A stretch of 64,000 bases of DNA from Oscillospiraceae bacterium (GTDB taxonomy: Bacteria; Bacillota; Clostridia; Oscillospirales; Acutalibacteraceae), in contig CADAER010000005.1 in the NCBI GenBank assembly GCA_902787025.1, positions 417-64,416 on the forward strand. The letters are read 5' to 3'. Every line of letters begins with the position of its first letter. The stretch's first letter is position 1. The notes under the pieces were generated by a model. That model did no database searches, had not been told where the DNA came from, and saw only the letters and a list, made by a program, of their open reading frames with translations. Made by a program: the position numbers and the translations under genes. Below, one piece after another: positions 62,884-64,000 of this stretch.

Positions 62884-63812
62884 TCTTTGTGATAGAGAAA
62901 ACAACACTTCTGATATACAATCCGCGGGCAGGAAAAAGTATCGGCCGTCCGAAACCAAAGGAGATTCTTGAACGCTTCGGGGCAGATGCGGAGAAGATTC
63001 ACATTGCCGTAACGGCGTATCCGGGGCACGCGAAGGAGATTGCCGCCCTTGAGGGAAACCGTTACGAAACGGTGATTTGCTGCGGCGGCGACGGCACACT
63101 CAACGAGGTGATCAGCGGACTGTCGGGTTTGGAATCACGCCCGGTGATCGGTTATATTCCCATGGGCTCGACTAACGACCTCGCGAATAATATCGGAATT
63201 CCTTCGGCTATGTCTAACGCCGTAAAGGTCATTGAGCAAGGGGAGAGCCGCGGTTTCGATATCGGCGCATTTAACGATCGCTGTTTTACATACATCGCCT
63301 CCTTCGGTCCGGGTGTATCTGTTTCCTATTCCACGCCGCAGCGGATAAAGAATGTGCTGGGCTACAGCGCGTATATTCTCAATGGCTTCGGGCTGCAGCT
63401 TATCCCGACGATGAAAGCGCTGAAACCCAAGCATATCTGTGTGGAATACGACGGAAATGTGCTGGAGGATGATTTCTATTTCGGCACCATATCCAATTCA
63501 CTCTCCGCCGCAGGTATGTTTAAATTCCGCAAGGACGAAGTACGCTTTAATGACGGAAAATTTGAAGTGGTACTGATTCGGAAGGTCAAAACTCCGTTTC
63601 AGATTTTTTCTCTTCTCAAAAAAATGCGCCTGCATGAATACGACGGAGAGACGCTTGTTCATTTTCAGGCTTCAAAGCTGCATTTTACTTTTGAAAAGCC
63701 GGAGAGCTGGACGATGGATGGCGAATGCAGCGGCCCTGTCAGCGATATACATATTGAAGTCAGAAATAACGCTGTCAGGATTTATTGCCCGGACAGTGAA
63801 TACTTCGTTTAG
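62880..63812 (+). CDS. Diacylglycerol/lipid kinase (YegS/DgkB family)
   Basis: YNPRAG, GGDGTLNEV, IPMGSTND, MDGE. Confidence 0.9.
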   Translation: MIFVIEKTTLLIYNPRAGKSIGRPKPKEILERFGADAEKIHIAVTAYPGHAKEIAALEGNRYETVICCGGDGTLNEVISGLSGLESRPVIGYIPMGSTNDLANNIGIPSAMSNAVKVIEQGESRGFDIGAFNDRCFTYIASFGPGVSVSYSTPQRIKNVLGYSAYILNGFGLQLIPTMKALKPKHICVEYDGNVLEDDFYFGTISNSLSAAGMFKFRKDEVRFNDGKFEVVLIRKVKTPFQIFSLLKKMRLHEYDGETLVHFQASKLHFTFEKPESWTMDGECSGPVSDIHIEVRNNAVRIYCPDSEYFV

Positions 63813-63942
63813 ATGATAAAGGAAGCAGATCATATAAGAAATCTGTATATTTGAAATAACATTCAAAGCGCTTTCTGTTTCTTTTGAGTTTAGAAACGGC
63901 GAATAAAATATAATATCATAATTCGAAAAAGGTCGGGTTTGT

Positions 63943-64000
63943 ATGGGAAAGCGTAAAAAACTGCTTATAAAAATATCTGTTGCGCTTGCTGGCATAACAT
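63943..64000 (+). CDS. Start of a probable exported/membrane protein, truncated by the window edge
   Basis: MGKRKKLLIKISVALAGIT. Confidence 0.5.
   Translation, partial: MGKRKKLLIKISVALAGIT

Overview
Window from a Clostridia-like (Bacillota) anaerobe, judged from gene content, SigA-type promoters and a CIRCE element. Left to right: (1) 1-8433, the AT-rich right end of an element integrated at tRNA-Ala(GGC), of which only the 3' half is present. It carries a WYL regulator, a NERD/SF1 helicase, a GIY-YIG-like protein and an Eleos-type LeoC/LeoB/LeoA dynamin trio, plus an unannotated 22-aa ORF and a possibly E2-like ORF running off the left edge. (2) 8.6-26.2 kb, a Mo/W cofactor locus. A Moco-riboswitch-led operon (tupABC, two moeA, moaC, moaA, MOSC) ends in an unexplained module: type II ABC importer, TiaS-like DDTD protein, Cys-rich mini-protein and two Ig-like surface proteins. 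It is divergent from mogA-moeB-aor-moaD-ferredoxin. (3) An MFS transporter. (4) 28-34 kb, a cluster whose four promoters share one motif at fixed spacing from the -10 box. It encodes an apparently catalytically dead mini-PolC, a truncated DnaB-like protein, NADAR and a SLOG fusion. (5) GT-LicD fusion, acyltransferase, alpha/beta hydrolase and GH3. (6) 41-53 kb, a surface-protein operon: a beta-helix protein and three paralogous proteins with MABP-like repeats and hydrophobic hairpins, one frameshifted. (7) Secreted CAZyme-like genes, a nonsense-mutated GNAT between cassette-like repeats, AAA_14 ATPase, CIRCE-controlled hsp20 among relics, a CmpB-like permease and a lipid kinase. All family calls come from motifs read by eye; no searches were run.
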